DNA of 60,628 nucleotides, counting the filler, from a bacterium (GTDB lineage Bacteria; JAJRZV01), in NCBI GenBank assembly GCA_024275095.1. It is 3 parts of 3 records of this genome, joined end to end, with 100 filler letters (N's around TTAATTAATTAA, not from the genome) between each part and the next. Parts side by side here need not be neighbours in the genome. Positions count along the whole stretch, not along the records: positions 42,675 to 60,628 come from JAJRZV010000027.1; 2 more parts are not named here. One strand, 5' to 3'. The stretch's first letter is position 1, and each line of letters begins with the position of its first letter. This document shows positions 49,466 to 59,302 of this stretch, one piece after another. The position numbers and the translations under genes are program-made. The notes under the pieces were generated by a model. It worked only from the letters and a program-made list of their open reading frames with translations, had not been told where the DNA came from and searched no databases.

Positions 49466-50395
49466 TTATTCCCGAGCGGTTTCCTTTTGTATCAGTGCTT
49501 CCACTTTTTCCCTTGACGGAAGTGAAGAAATCGCTCCCTCGCGGGTGGTGGCAAGTGCGCCGGCAGCGTTGGCATACACGAGAGATTTTTCAATGCTCAT
49601 TCCCTCAGCAACACATACCGCCAGTGCCCCGTTGAAAGCATCGCCGGCACCGGTTGTGTCAGTGCTTTTAACATGAAAACCTTCAATCATTTGAGCTTTC
49701 TCATAATTAAAAAAGAAGCAGCCTTTTTCACCCATTGTGATTATTACATTGGGAACTCCCTGTTTGGCCAGCTCCATCGCTGCTCGTTCTGCACTTTGCC
49801 TGTCAGAAATGTGTACACCTGTAAAAAACTCGGCCTCCAGTCTATTGGGCGTGATGTATTCGCATATTTCCATAAGTTCTGGGGGAACAGGATAAGCGGG
49901 AGCAGGATTGAGTATGGTGGTTATTCCCTTGGCGAAAGCAATTTTGAAAGCTGTAAGGATAGCATCGAGAGGCACCTCAAGCTGGGCAAGAACAATGTCT
50001 GCATTTTCGATAAGATCCGCGTGCTTTTTCACATGGTCACCTGAAAGATCCCTATTGGCACCAGGAGCAACTGCGATCATGTTATTACCATTTTCGTCTA
50101 CAAAAATAAATGCTCGCCCCGTAGGACTGCCTGAAGATTGAACCACAGGGGTGACGTTAATATGGTAAGCTTGAAGATTTTCGAGCACGCTCTTTCCCTC
50201 GTAGTCCTTGCCAACGCAACCGATAAAGGTCACTTCCGCTCCCATAAGCCGTGCAGATACAGCCTGGTTGGCCCCCTTGCCGCCGAACGCCTTAAAGAAT
50301 CTTCCATCAGAGACGGTTTCACCCCTTTCGGGCAGTCGTTCTACCTTGATTACGTAATCTATATTTGCACTCCCTATAACCACGACTCTTGCCAC
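49466..50395 (-). CDS. rbsK: Ribokinase
   Basis: GSANID, GGKGANQA, LNPAP, PN..EA and DTTGAGDAFNG. Confidence 0.93.
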   Translation of the reverse strand: MARVVVIGSANIDYVIKVERLPERGETVSDGRFFKAFGGKGANQAVSARLMGAEVTFIGCVGKDYEGKSVLENLQAYHINVTPVVQSSGSPTGRAFIFVDENGNNMIAVAPGANRDLSGDHVKKHADLIENADIVLAQLEVPLDAILTAFKIAFAKGITTILNPAPAYPVPPELMEICEYITPNRLEAEFFTGVHISDRQSAERAAMELAKQGVPNVIITMGEKGCFFFNYEKAQMIEGFHVKSTDTTGAGDAFNGALAVCVAEGMSIEKSLVYANAAGALATTREGAISSLPSREKVEALIQKETARE

Positions 50396-50507
50396 CGGTC
50401 CCCCCTACAGATAAAGTAATTACACTATAATTTTAAAGCTTTTTTCTTCAAAAATCCCTGATAATTTATATGTGCATAAAAAATTATAAACAGCAAATCC
50501 TAACAAT

Positions 50508-51479
50508 CTACATTACGCGTTTCTGAAGGTGTTGGAGTACCTCCCGTGCTTCGCTTTCTATTCGCCTGACAAGGTCGTATGCTGATGGAATATCATCAAT
50601 AAGTCCTACCACCTGACCACAGGCAATGACGCCTATGTCCAGGTCTCCACTGAGATACGCCTGAAGCCCGACTTTTCCTGCTATAAGTGGCATGAGTTCT
50701 TCCAGGGTGGCGCCTTTTTCTTCCATGGCAAGGACTTCGAAAGCAGCCTTGTTCTTCCGAACCCGGGCAGGATTTTTTATAGACCTTTCTACAATCATCG
50801 TGTCAGTTTCCTGAGCTTCGAGCATCCACTTTTTGAAATTTTCATGTACAGGACATTCTTTGGTAGCCACGAACCTGGTACCCATGACGATACCGTCGGC
50901 TCCAAGTGCAAGAGCTGCGATGAGACCCCGACCATCAGCGAAACCTCCTCCAATAAAGAAAGGAATGTTAAGCACTTTTCTTGCTTTCTGGGCAAGGATG
51001 AGGGACGTCACATCATCCATTCCAGGGTGACCACCGCATTCGAATCCCACAATTGTCACCGCATCAACTCCCACACTTTCGGCCTTTTTGGCGTATCTCA
51101 CAGCCGGCACCTTGTGAATGATTTTTACTCCGGCTTCCTTCAAACGGGGCACGTAGGGTTCCGGGTTTCTACCGGCCGTCTCCACGATTTTGACGCCTTC
51201 CTCCACAATGACGTCAAAGTATTTGTCGTACATCTCTCCCACTGTCATGACAGGAAGCATGGATACGTTTACAGCAAAGGGCTTATCAGTCATATCCTTC
51301 AATCGTTTGATTTCTTCCCTCAGCTCGCCTGGAGTGGCAAAACTCATGGCGTTAATCGTGCCAAGGCCACCGGCATTGGACACGGCAGAGGCAAGTTCGG
51401 CCCTGGCCAGCCATTGAAGTCCACCCTGCATCACGGGAATTTCAATTCCCAGCAGTTGTGTAAGCCTTGTTTTTATCAT
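50508..51479 (-). CDS. Nitronate monooxygenase / FabK-like flavoprotein
   Basis: ELASAVSNAGGLG, GFECGGHPG, GG.ADGRGL.AALALGA and MGTRF. Confidence 0.88.
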   Translation of the reverse strand: MIKTRLTQLLGIEIPVMQGGLQWLARAELASAVSNAGGLGTINAMSFATPGELREEIKRLKDMTDKPFAVNVSMLPVMTVGEMYDKYFDVIVEEGVKIVETAGRNPEPYVPRLKEAGVKIIHKVPAVRYAKKAESVGVDAVTIVGFECGGHPGMDDVTSLILAQKARKVLNIPFFIGGGFADGRGLIAALALGADGIVMGTRFVATKECPVHENFKKWMLEAQETDTMIVERSIKNPARVRKNKAAFEVLAMEEKGATLEELMPLIAGKVGLQAYLSGDLDIGVIACGQVVGLIDDIPSAYDLVRRIESEAREVLQHLQKRVM

Positions 51480-51559
51480 CGTGGTCCTCCCTGAGGTTAT
51501 TTCCCGAATATTTCAGGATGCGGATTATTTATACTGAATGGACAATACGTATTCAACAC

Positions 51560-52261
51560 TCAACGGAGCGAAAATACTGTTGAAGGTATTTCAGGATTAA
51601 ATTCTATATGTTTTAATTGGATGGAAAAAGTGTTCCCATTTTTATCCGTAAAAGTAATTTTCGAAGGGGCCGTATGTCTTCCAAGATCTGTGAACTCCAG
51701 GACTTTAATTGTGAGGTCGTCCATGCAAATAGTCGCCGAGACCGGAAACGAGTCACTGCATCTCAGGAAAAGTTTGAGAGAAACATGGGTTTCGCTATAC
51801 TGGTATCCACACGAAGGGCGGGGTAGTGGAGACCCATCTGCGTATGCCCGTGCAAAATACTTCCCTTGAATAAGGGTGACGACGATCGCGGGGTTCAACA
51901 TGAGTCCCATGTAAGTAAGAAAAAAGTCTTCCGGGTTAGGCCAGCGTTCCACCGTTCCATCTGCGAATTTTATAACGGAGCCTTCGGGAGTGTTGACGAA
52001 CGCCATCTCTACCATACCCGTCGGGTTGGTAAAATCTATTCGCAGATACTCACCCGAAGCGTTAAGGAAGAAGCCTGCCGGGAGGGGAGATGATAATTTT
52101 TCAGAATTCTTGATACGAATTTCCCCCTGTGCACGTATGGAATGGACGCTGTTCCACATCTTTGCATAGGCTGAGGCCCTGTTATAATGAGAGAAAAAGG
52201 ATGTACATCCCCCACCACTCAGAATAACAATCACAATTAAAGTTATGAGATGCTTTTTCAT
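51560..52261 (-). CDS. Lipoprotein, LolB/DUF4292-like
   Basis: Lipobox GGGC, 'LRIDFTNPTG', ends 'FNPEIPSTVF'; downstream of the TPR gene. Confidence 0.5.
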   Translation of the reverse strand: MKKHLITLIVIVILSGGGCTSFFSHYNRASAYAKMWNSVHSIRAQGEIRIKNSEKLSSPLPAGFFLNASGEYLRIDFTNPTGMVEMAFVNTPEGSVIKFADGTVERWPNPEDFFLTYMGLMLNPAIVVTLIQGKYFARAYADGSPLPRPSCGYQYSETHVSLKLFLRCSDSFPVSATICMDDLTIKVLEFTDLGRHTAPSKITFTDKNGNTFSIQLKHIEFNPEIPSTVFSLR

Positions 52262-52283
52262 TTCTCGGACGGGCTTTTGGCTT

Positions 52284-54020
52284 TTATTTTTCTATATTAT
52301 TTTCCAGGCTTTTCAACTTTTCTTCCACCCGCTTTTTTGCCTCCTCTTCATCCGGGGACATGAGAGAAAGAGCCTTTTTGTAGTGTTGAATAGCTTCTTC
52401 TTTCCTTCCCAGTTTGAGCAGTACATCGGCCAAGTGTTCGCGAAGAGTCGGATCACTCGGTACCCTTTCCACTGCTTTTTTCAAGTACTTGTAAGCGTCA
52501 GTATAACGCCCTTGCTGATAGAGAACCCAGCCCATCGAATCAATAATAAATGCATCATCCGGTGCAAGAGAAAGAGCTTTTCGAATAAGGCGTTCGGCTT
52601 CGTCCAGTCGGATTCCCTTTTCCGCATAGGAATAACCGATGTAATTGAGTGCCATATAATTGTTTGGATCAAACTTCAGCACCTTTCTCATGAGTTCCAG
52701 GCTCTTTTCAAAATTTCCCAGCTTATCCTCTGCAACACCGAGAACAAAATAGAGGGAAGGATACGCCGGATTAATACTTATTCCTTGCTGCGCAATATCT
52801 TTGGCTTCTACGTAGCGTTTCATTTGAATGTATACCCTGGCCAGCATTTCATATACCTCGGGTCTTCTCGAATATTTTTGTTTCAGTTGAACAAGAATGC
52901 TTTCAGCTTTTTTGAAGTCTTTTTTATCAGCATACAGACCAGCCAGCTGCATTCGAGCGGTAAAGAAGATGTTTTCATCTGCTCTCGAGCTGATGGATAA
53001 GAGAAACTTTTCTGCTTTATCAAACTGACCTTTACGGGACAAACATACTGCCGAATAAAGCAATGCCATAGGACCTGAGGGATAGTGGTCTAAATAAGAG
53101 TTAAGGTAGGAAAGAGCCTTGTCGCAATTGCCCATCATGTAATAAACCATGCCTATGGTCAGTTTTAGTTCGGGAGAAGGCTCTCCCAATTTTTCTACAA
53201 CGAGAAGGTGGGAAAGAGCTCTGGAATAGTTGCCCAAGACGTAGTAGATCTTTGCCACGCGTGTGTGCAAGTCTATTCGGTTCGGATTGATAGAAAGGGC
53301 CTTTTCATAAGCGACCGCGGCGTCAGGTAGACGATTGATAATTTCGTATATGCGACCCATATCCTCATATGCACCCACAAAAGAAGGATTCAGACTGATG
53401 CACTTTTTAAGCGTTTTTACGGCTTCGGTGTATTCTCTGCGTATAAAGTGGATCCGGGAGAGAAAGTAATATCCCAGAAAGTGTTGTGGGAATTGTTTTA
53501 TAAATTGTTCTACAACCGTTTCTGCCTTATCAATATTTCCCCTCTCCATCAGCAGGTTTAGAAGAGTGAGCAGGGCTTCCTTATCTTTGGGACGACGTTT
53601 CAAAATCTTTTGAAGAATCTCTACTGCTGTGTCAGTGTGACCGGTGGCCGCATAAATATCTGCGGCGAGAACAAGAGCGTTTTCGTCCTCCGGGCGTAAT
53701 TCAAGAGCTTTTTTTATGTGCTCCAGGGCTTCCTGGAAACGCCCCAGACGCGAAAGCACTTCCGCGTACTCCAATCTGAGAGCAAAGGCTTCCGGATCTC
53801 GTGATACGGCCTCCTCCAGGCTGTCTGCGTATCCGGTGAGGTCGTTCTCATAGGAAAGGTATTGACCCTTTAAATAGTAGTAATAAGGATTGTCTGGTTC
53901 TACGAAACTCGCCTTGCTGCACTTTCCAGGACACATAGAAGAGCGCATGAAAAGTGAACAGCCCCCCAGTAGAACGACAAGGTTTGTGACAGCGATAACA
54001 ATGTAAGTGTTTTTGCGCAT
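52284..54020 (-). CDS. Tetratricopeptide-repeat lipoprotein
   Basis: Lipobox LGGC, many TPR units, ALNYIGYSYA and IDSMGWVLY. Confidence 0.88.
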   Translation of the reverse strand: MRKNTYIVIAVTNLVVLLGGCSLFMRSSMCPGKCSKASFVEPDNPYYYYLKGQYLSYENDLTGYADSLEEAVSRDPEAFALRLEYAEVLSRLGRFQEALEHIKKALELRPEDENALVLAADIYAATGHTDTAVEILQKILKRRPKDKEALLTLLNLLMERGNIDKAETVVEQFIKQFPQHFLGYYFLSRIHFIRREYTEAVKTLKKCISLNPSFVGAYEDMGRIYEIINRLPDAAVAYEKALSINPNRIDLHTRVAKIYYVLGNYSRALSHLLVVEKLGEPSPELKLTIGMVYYMMGNCDKALSYLNSYLDHYPSGPMALLYSAVCLSRKGQFDKAEKFLLSISSRADENIFFTARMQLAGLYADKKDFKKAESILVQLKQKYSRRPEVYEMLARVYIQMKRYVEAKDIAQQGISINPAYPSLYFVLGVAEDKLGNFEKSLELMRKVLKFDPNNYMALNYIGYSYAEKGIRLDEAERLIRKALSLAPDDAFIIDSMGWVLYQQGRYTDAYKYLKKAVERVPSDPTLREHLADVLLKLGRKEEAIQHYKKALSLMSPDEEEAKKRVEEKLKSLENNIEK

Positions 54021-54064
54021 TGTACTTATATGGTTTATATTCACACAGGGAACGTTTTAGTGCA

Positions 54065-54784
54065 ATGCCTAAGAGTGTTACATACGCTGGTTTTATACTG
54101 GCTGCAGGGGAGGGTACCCGCCTGAAGCCTTTAACCGAAAGAGTGCCCAAACCATTGCTTCCCGCAGGAAGAGGAGTGATGATGGACCGGGCGATAGAAT
54201 GGCTGGTTTCTGCAGGTGTTCAGCGCATAGTAATAAACACATGGTACAAGAAGAACGTTATTTGCAGTTATGTAGAACATATAAAAAAGAGACTTTCCGT
54301 TCCTGTGTTTACATCGTCCGAGGCATATCTTATGGGCACAGGCGGAGGCCTGCTGAACGCATTGAAACTTTTTGAAGAAGACGCCGTTATTGTTCACAAC
54401 TCAGATGTAATCTCCGATGTAGAGCCAAACAGGTTAAAAGAGACTTTTGAATCGCATTCCCACCCTGTGTGCCTTGTGTGCGTCCCCCATGTGAAAGGTA
54501 CAACCTCTTTATTTATGGCTGAAAATAGAGTGTATTTGTTTGATCCACCAGAGGATAAAAAATGCGTGCGGGTGACATATACAGGGATAGCTGTTTTTGA
54601 CGCGAGTTTTTTGAGAACATTGCCTCAGGGAAAAGGCGGGTTGGTTGAAAAGGTGATCCTGCCGTCACAGGAGCGCCATGGGCCGCCTGTCGGGATTTTA
54701 CATACAGGTCAATGGTGTGATGGAGGTACACCGGAAGGCTACAGGTGTTTTCAAAATATTGTCAATCATTTGCAGAAAAACTAA
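54065..54784 (+). CDS. Sugar-phosphate nucleotidyltransferase (MurU-like)
   Basis: ILAAGEGTRLKPLT..PKPL, GTGGGL, NSD and W.D.GT. Confidence 0.85.
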   Translation: MPKSVTYAGFILAAGEGTRLKPLTERVPKPLLPAGRGVMMDRAIEWLVSAGVQRIVINTWYKKNVICSYVEHIKKRLSVPVFTSSEAYLMGTGGGLLNALKLFEEDAVIVHNSDVISDVEPNRLKETFESHSHPVCLVCVPHVKGTTSLFMAENRVYLFDPPEDKKCVRVTYTGIAVFDASFLRTLPQGKGGLVEKVILPSQERHGPPVGILHTGQWCDGGTPEGYRCFQNIVNHLQKN

Positions 54785-56040
54785 GCAATCAATTCTACAG
54801 GATGAATACACCGTGTGGTGCACCCCTTTGAAAGCAAAGCACCCTGTATGTGCATCAGGCACCCGGGACATCCGAGAGCGAGATAATCGGGGTTGTGCTT
54901 TACAATATCTTCTACCTTGTCAGAAACAATTTCATCAGCCAGGGAGGCATATTTTACATACATGGTTCCTCCGAAACCGCAGCATCTGTCTGGAAAATCA
55001 AGTTCTTCATATTCGACCTCAGGGTTCAACTGAATGAGTTCCTCCGGTTCGGAATAAACTCCCATCCCACGTTTAAGATGGCAGCAGTGGTGATAGCACA
55101 CTTTTATCCTGCGGCCCCACTTTTTTTCGCGACCTCGCAAAAGGTTGCGATGTTCTATGAGAAGTTCGGATATATCTTTAACCTTTTGTGAAAACCGTTC
55201 AAAGGCCGGGTCGAGGAGAGGGTAAACTTTCCTGAACATGGAGCCACACGAGCCACAGATAACCACAACAGCGTCCACATTTAACTCAAGAGCAGTGCGA
55301 GATATAACACTTGCCTGACGGTGTGCAGCTCCGGCATCTCCCATCTCCAGGGAAGGCAATCCACAACATGGAAGATTTCGGGGAGTGTGTATTTCACTGC
55401 ATATCCATGCCAGGGCCTTGAGGGCGGAAAGATACTGGTTGTGAAAAGCATAATCCACGAAACAACCGGGAAAAAATAACACACGCGGACCGCGAGGATT
55501 GTAGCCCTGATAGGTTTTCTGTCGCAATTCCTGGGGGGGCATTTTTACAGCCGGCACGATTCGGCCTCCCACCAGGGGTATGAATGAAGGAATCTTTTTC
55601 CACTTTTCTGCAAAGGGTAAAAGCATTAGTGCAAGACGGGCCGCGAGAGCTGTTAAATTCAAGCCCTTACGGTGAGATAGCAACATTGAAACGCCTTTTT
55701 CTATTATTCCTGGTTTAATCACGAGTGCGCGCGAGATGCTCAGTACACCCTCAGGATCTACGTGGTTGGGACAGGCCTCGGTACAGAAACCGCACAGTGT
55801 ACATTGTTCAAAGGCTTCCCGGAGCCTGCGGGAGTAAGAAATTTCTCCTTTTATAAATGCGTCAACAAGGGCAAGCCGCCCCCGTGCTGTGGCATACTCT
55901 GCTCGAAGTCTGGGAAGCACGGTACAGGATTTTCGGCATGTACCGCAGGAAACGCACAGGTTTAGCTGTTTTTCAACAAGGTCTTTTATCCTCGAAATTA
56001 CAGAAGATTGATTGTGTGCTGCGTTGGCGAGATGTTCCAT
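54781..56040 (-). CDS. glcF: GlcF-like Fe-S protein (two 4Fe-4S, two CCG domains)
   Basis: CVSCGTC...C, CTLCGFC...CP, CCG, CGSC, CCGFGG and CPGC. Confidence 0.85.
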   Translation of the reverse strand: MEHLANAAHNQSSVISRIKDLVEKQLNLCVSCGTCRKSCTVLPRLRAEYATARGRLALVDAFIKGEISYSRRLREAFEQCTLCGFCTEACPNHVDPEGVLSISRALVIKPGIIEKGVSMLLSHRKGLNLTALAARLALMLLPFAEKWKKIPSFIPLVGGRIVPAVKMPPQELRQKTYQGYNPRGPRVLFFPGCFVDYAFHNQYLSALKALAWICSEIHTPRNLPCCGLPSLEMGDAGAAHRQASVISRTALELNVDAVVVICGSCGSMFRKVYPLLDPAFERFSQKVKDISELLIEHRNLLRGREKKWGRRIKVCYHHCCHLKRGMGVYSEPEELIQLNPEVEYEELDFPDRCCGFGGTMYVKYASLADEIVSDKVEDIVKHNPDYLALGCPGCLMHIQGALLSKGCTTRCIHPVELIA

Positions 56041-56056
56041 TTTGAGGATGTATTTT

Positions 56057-57448
56057 TTATCCCACCAGGGTGTCTGGAAAAATTTTTCCAGGGTTCATAA
56101 TTCCGTGTGGGTCAAAAGCATTTTTAATCCGTTTCATGATTTCTATACCCTCCGGTCCAATTTCTATACCAATGTAGTCTTTTTTTGCGAGTCCGATACC
56201 GTGTTCGCCGGAAATCGTGCCTCCAAGTTGAACCACAACCTCCATCAGTGCTTTTACAGCTTCTTTCACTCTCTGTACTTCATCGTTGTTGCGCTTGTCA
56301 TAGAGGAAATTGACGTGAATGTTTCCATCACCTGCATGTCCGAAACTTGCACACCGTACGTTGTATCTGGAGGCTATACCTTCAACAGCTGCTATAAGCT
56401 CCGGAAGTTTTTTTCGAGGCACGGTGACGTCTTCGTTCATTTTATGCGGGGCGATATAAGCAAGCGAAGGGCTGATCACCCTGCGCGCTTTCCACAATTT
56501 CTCCGCGGCAGCTGCGTCCCCGGCTTCCTGGATGTGGAGGGCGTTCTCTGAGGCGAGCGCCTCCTTTATAGCACTGGCGGACCGTTTTACCACTTCCTCA
56601 AAGCCATCATCTTCTATAAGCAGGAGTGCCATGGCATCTTCTGGAAATTCCATACCGGTAGCTTCTTTCACACACATGAGGCACTGTCTATCAATAAATT
56701 CCAGCGTTGCTGGAAGGATCTTTCTGGCAATAATCCCGGCTACAGCTTTAGCAGCAGATACATATGAGGCAAAATACGCGGCAATGGTTATTTTTGTCTC
56801 AGGCTTGGGAAGCAATTTGAGCGTGGCTTGAGTGATAAATCCAAGTGTACCTTCTGAACCTACCATAATGGTGACCAGATCGTATCCCACAACTCCTTTA
56901 ACAGTTCTGACTCCAGCGGAAAACACTTCCCCTTCAGGAAGAGCGAATCTCAGGGCTCTCACGTAATCCCTGGTAACTCCGTACTTAACAGCACGCAAGC
57001 CCCCTGCATTTTCAGCAATATTTCCTCCTATGGTACAGAAGTCGAGACTTGCTGGATCAGGAGGATAGAAAAGTCCTCGAGCTTCCACGGCCCTGTGGAG
57101 TTCACCGGTCACAACACCGGGCTCCACCACAGCAAGGAGTTCTTCTTCGTCTATATCGAGAATTTGCGTCATCCGTTCTGTTGACACCACGAGTCCTGCC
57201 TTCACAGGCACGCTCCCGCCTGAAAGGCCTGTTCCGGCGCCTCGAGGAATTACGGGAATTTTAAATTCGCTGGCAACAGCAAGGATTTCAGTTACTTCCC
57301 CTTCGGTTTCTGGGAAGACCACCGCCGCCGGCATGTATTTCTCGCCTGTAGCATCATAAGAATAAGTAACCCTGTCCACTTCATGAGTGCTTATTCTCCC
57401 GGCTGGAAGAAGGCGCTCAAGTTTTGCGATGGCTTTATCTTCTACCAT
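56057..57448 (-). CDS. glcD: GlcD-like FAD-linked 2-hydroxyacid oxidase
   Basis: PRGAGTGLSGG, YPPDPAS, KYGVTRDY, GSEGTLG, GHAGDGNIH and GEHGIG. Confidence 0.92.
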   Translation of the reverse strand: MVEDKAIAKLERLLPAGRISTHEVDRVTYSYDATGEKYMPAAVVFPETEGEVTEILAVASEFKIPVIPRGAGTGLSGGSVPVKAGLVVSTERMTQILDIDEEELLAVVEPGVVTGELHRAVEARGLFYPPDPASLDFCTIGGNIAENAGGLRAVKYGVTRDYVRALRFALPEGEVFSAGVRTVKGVVGYDLVTIMVGSEGTLGFITQATLKLLPKPETKITIAAYFASYVSAAKAVAGIIARKILPATLEFIDRQCLMCVKEATGMEFPEDAMALLLIEDDGFEEVVKRSASAIKEALASENALHIQEAGDAAAAEKLWKARRVISPSLAYIAPHKMNEDVTVPRKKLPELIAAVEGIASRYNVRCASFGHAGDGNIHVNFLYDKRNNDEVQRVKEAVKALMEVVVQLGGTISGEHGIGLAKKDYIGIEIGPEGIEIMKRIKNAFDPHGIMNPGKIFPDTLVG

Positions 57449-58245
57449 TTAAGAGAAAATGCAAATTTTAAAATTTCTTTTGCCACCTTTCCAGGAGCTT
57501 CCAGCATGAGGATATGTCCGCAGCCTCCAATACTGACCATGCTGGAATTTCTGAGCTGGTCCTTCAGATAGTAAGAATACTTTACAGGTGTTAAAAAGTC
57601 TTCTTTGCCACACAAGATTAAAGCGGGTAGAGTGATATTCTTGATATCGTTTGTCCTGTCGAAGTGGTCGCAGGCGATAAAATCCTGAAGAGCGCACCGA
57701 CCACTTGAGCGTATAAATGAACGCTCGAGCAAGCGAACAATTTCATCTTTTTTCTTCACAGGCCCCACAGCGTGAGATAGAAAAGATACCGCGGAATCAG
57801 GGTCTTCTTTTAAAGTATTGATGAAAGCCGGGTGCACGCGCAGCCGTGCTCCTGTGGAAACTAGTACTATTCCCGCCAGGAGTTCCGGATCCTCGAGAGC
57901 GGTTTCAAGTGCCACCGCACCACCCATGGAATGGCCCACGAGCAACACACGGGAGAGCCCGAGTTCATTTCGTATGAACCGGCGGACACTTCTGGAGTAT
58001 TCACTCACGTCAGAGGAAGGAGGTTGCCCGGATGATTTTCCATGGCCTGGCAAATCCGGCACAATGACCCGGAAGTTCTTGGATAACTTCCGTGCCACAT
58101 CTATCCAGAGGGTACCATCACCCGCGGCTCCATGAATGAGCACGATAGGACGTTGATGCTTCCTTCCCAGGTGTCGAAAGTAAATACCACCTGTCACAGG
58201 CATAAAAACATTATCCGCTTGCTCGCTCCCAAATTCAACAATCAA
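57442..58245 (-). CDS. Alpha/beta hydrolase
   Basis: IHGA, DLPGHG.S, GHSMGG, D and H of the triad. Confidence 0.9.
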   Translation of the reverse strand: MIVEFGSEQADNVFMPVTGGIYFRHLGRKHQRPIVLIHGAAGDGTLWIDVARKLSKNFRVIVPDLPGHGKSSGQPPSSDVSEYSRSVRRFIRNELGLSRVLLVGHSMGGAVALETALEDPELLAGIVLVSTGARLRVHPAFINTLKEDPDSAVSFLSHAVGPVKKKDEIVRLLERSFIRSSGRCALQDFIACDHFDRTNDIKNITLPALILCGKEDFLTPVKYSYYLKDQLRNSSMVSIGGCGHILMLEAPGKVAKEILKFAFSLKW

Positions 58246-58353
58246 AAACCTTCATGAATTTCCTTTCTTCATTCCCGCTGGGATTATTTCTGATAGTATT
58301 TGGAATCATGCCGTTCAATGTAATGTTCTTGGTCAATAATCAGTAGCAGGCGC

Positions 58354-58506
58354 CTTTCCACACAGCATGTGGAAAACCGTGTAGACAAACAGGTGGACAA
58401 CATCGAAAACACTTGAGAACATGCGGTCTTGTGTTGCAGTGCGTAATGATTAAGCACGAAAAGACAAGGTGTTAAGTCACTAAAAAATAAAAACTTTTGT
58501 GGAAGT
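58354..58506. promoter_or_regulatory. Cluster of DnaA-box-like motifs in a ~470-bp intergenic region
   Basis: CTTTCCACA 58354, TGTGGAAAA 58368, TGTAGACAA 58380, GGTGGACAA 58392 and TGTGGAAGT 58498. Confidence 0.55.
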
Positions 58507-58714
58507 GCACAAAATTTCAAAAAAATACGCCCTTATGTACAGCTCGACTCCCACTTCTCCAGGGAGGGGTCAGAAGCTGTAAAAAGAAGGGCAAGGCACA
58601 AGGAAAGCTTGTTTAATTATTTTCAAACCTTAACCAATTTTACTTGTGTGTTATATTAACATATTTACACAAATCATTGTTATATAAAAACAATAATGTC
58701 AAAAAAGTGGAATC

Positions 58715-59302
58715 TTATGGCTTTTCGCGAAGAAACTCGCTAATCCTGAAAAGAGGAGAGAAGGGAATTCCTTGCCCTGCAAACGCAGCTTCAGCTCCTT
58801 CCTCGCGGTCCACAATTGCGAGAATAGCCAGAGGCTCCAGCCCGGCTTCTACGGTTTTATTCCAGCTTTTGAGAGAGGTACCCCCCGTGGTAACCACATC
58901 CTCTACGAGGATAACCTTTTCTCCTTTTGGCAGCGCTTCTATTCCTTCGATCCACTGGCCTGTACCGTGCTTCTTGGGTTCCTTTCTGATAATAAAACCT
59001 TTTAAAGGATGATTGCGCGTGTAACTGAGTCCCACCACTCCGCCGACAATCGGATCGGCGCCCAGGGTCGGGCCACCGATTGCTTTTGCTTCGGGGAAAC
59101 GGTCAGCGATAATATCGAGCAGAAGAGATGAAACGATGAAAAGTCCCTCCGGATCAAGTGTAATCATCTTGCAATTAATGTAATAGTTAGATTTTTTACC
59201 TGAAGCGAGGGTGAAATCACCGAACTTCAGGGCTTTTTCAATAATTAAATTTTTCAATTTTTCCTTAGGAGTGCCCACGGCGCTCAATGATAACCTGGTC
59301 AA
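58715..59302 (-). CDS. pyrE: Orotate phosphoribosyltransferase (start may be GTG 59278)
   Basis: [21 protein letters not shown] and [10 protein letters not shown]. Confidence 0.95.
   Translation of the reverse strand: MTRLSLSAVGTPKEKLKNLIIEKALKFGDFTLASGKKSNYYINCKMITLDPEGLFIVSSLLLDIIADRFPEAKAIGGPTLGADPIVGGVVGLSYTRNHPLKGFIIRKEPKKHGTGQWIEGIEALPKGEKVILVEDVVTTGGTSLKSWNKTVEAGLEPLAILAIVDREEGAEAAFAGQGIPFSPLFRISEFLREKP

Noticed and set aside
58284..58520. 78-aa ORF in the pyrE-hydrolase intergenic region
   Set aside because: TTG start, no recognisable motif; the STCLSTRFST pattern is translated DnaA boxes.
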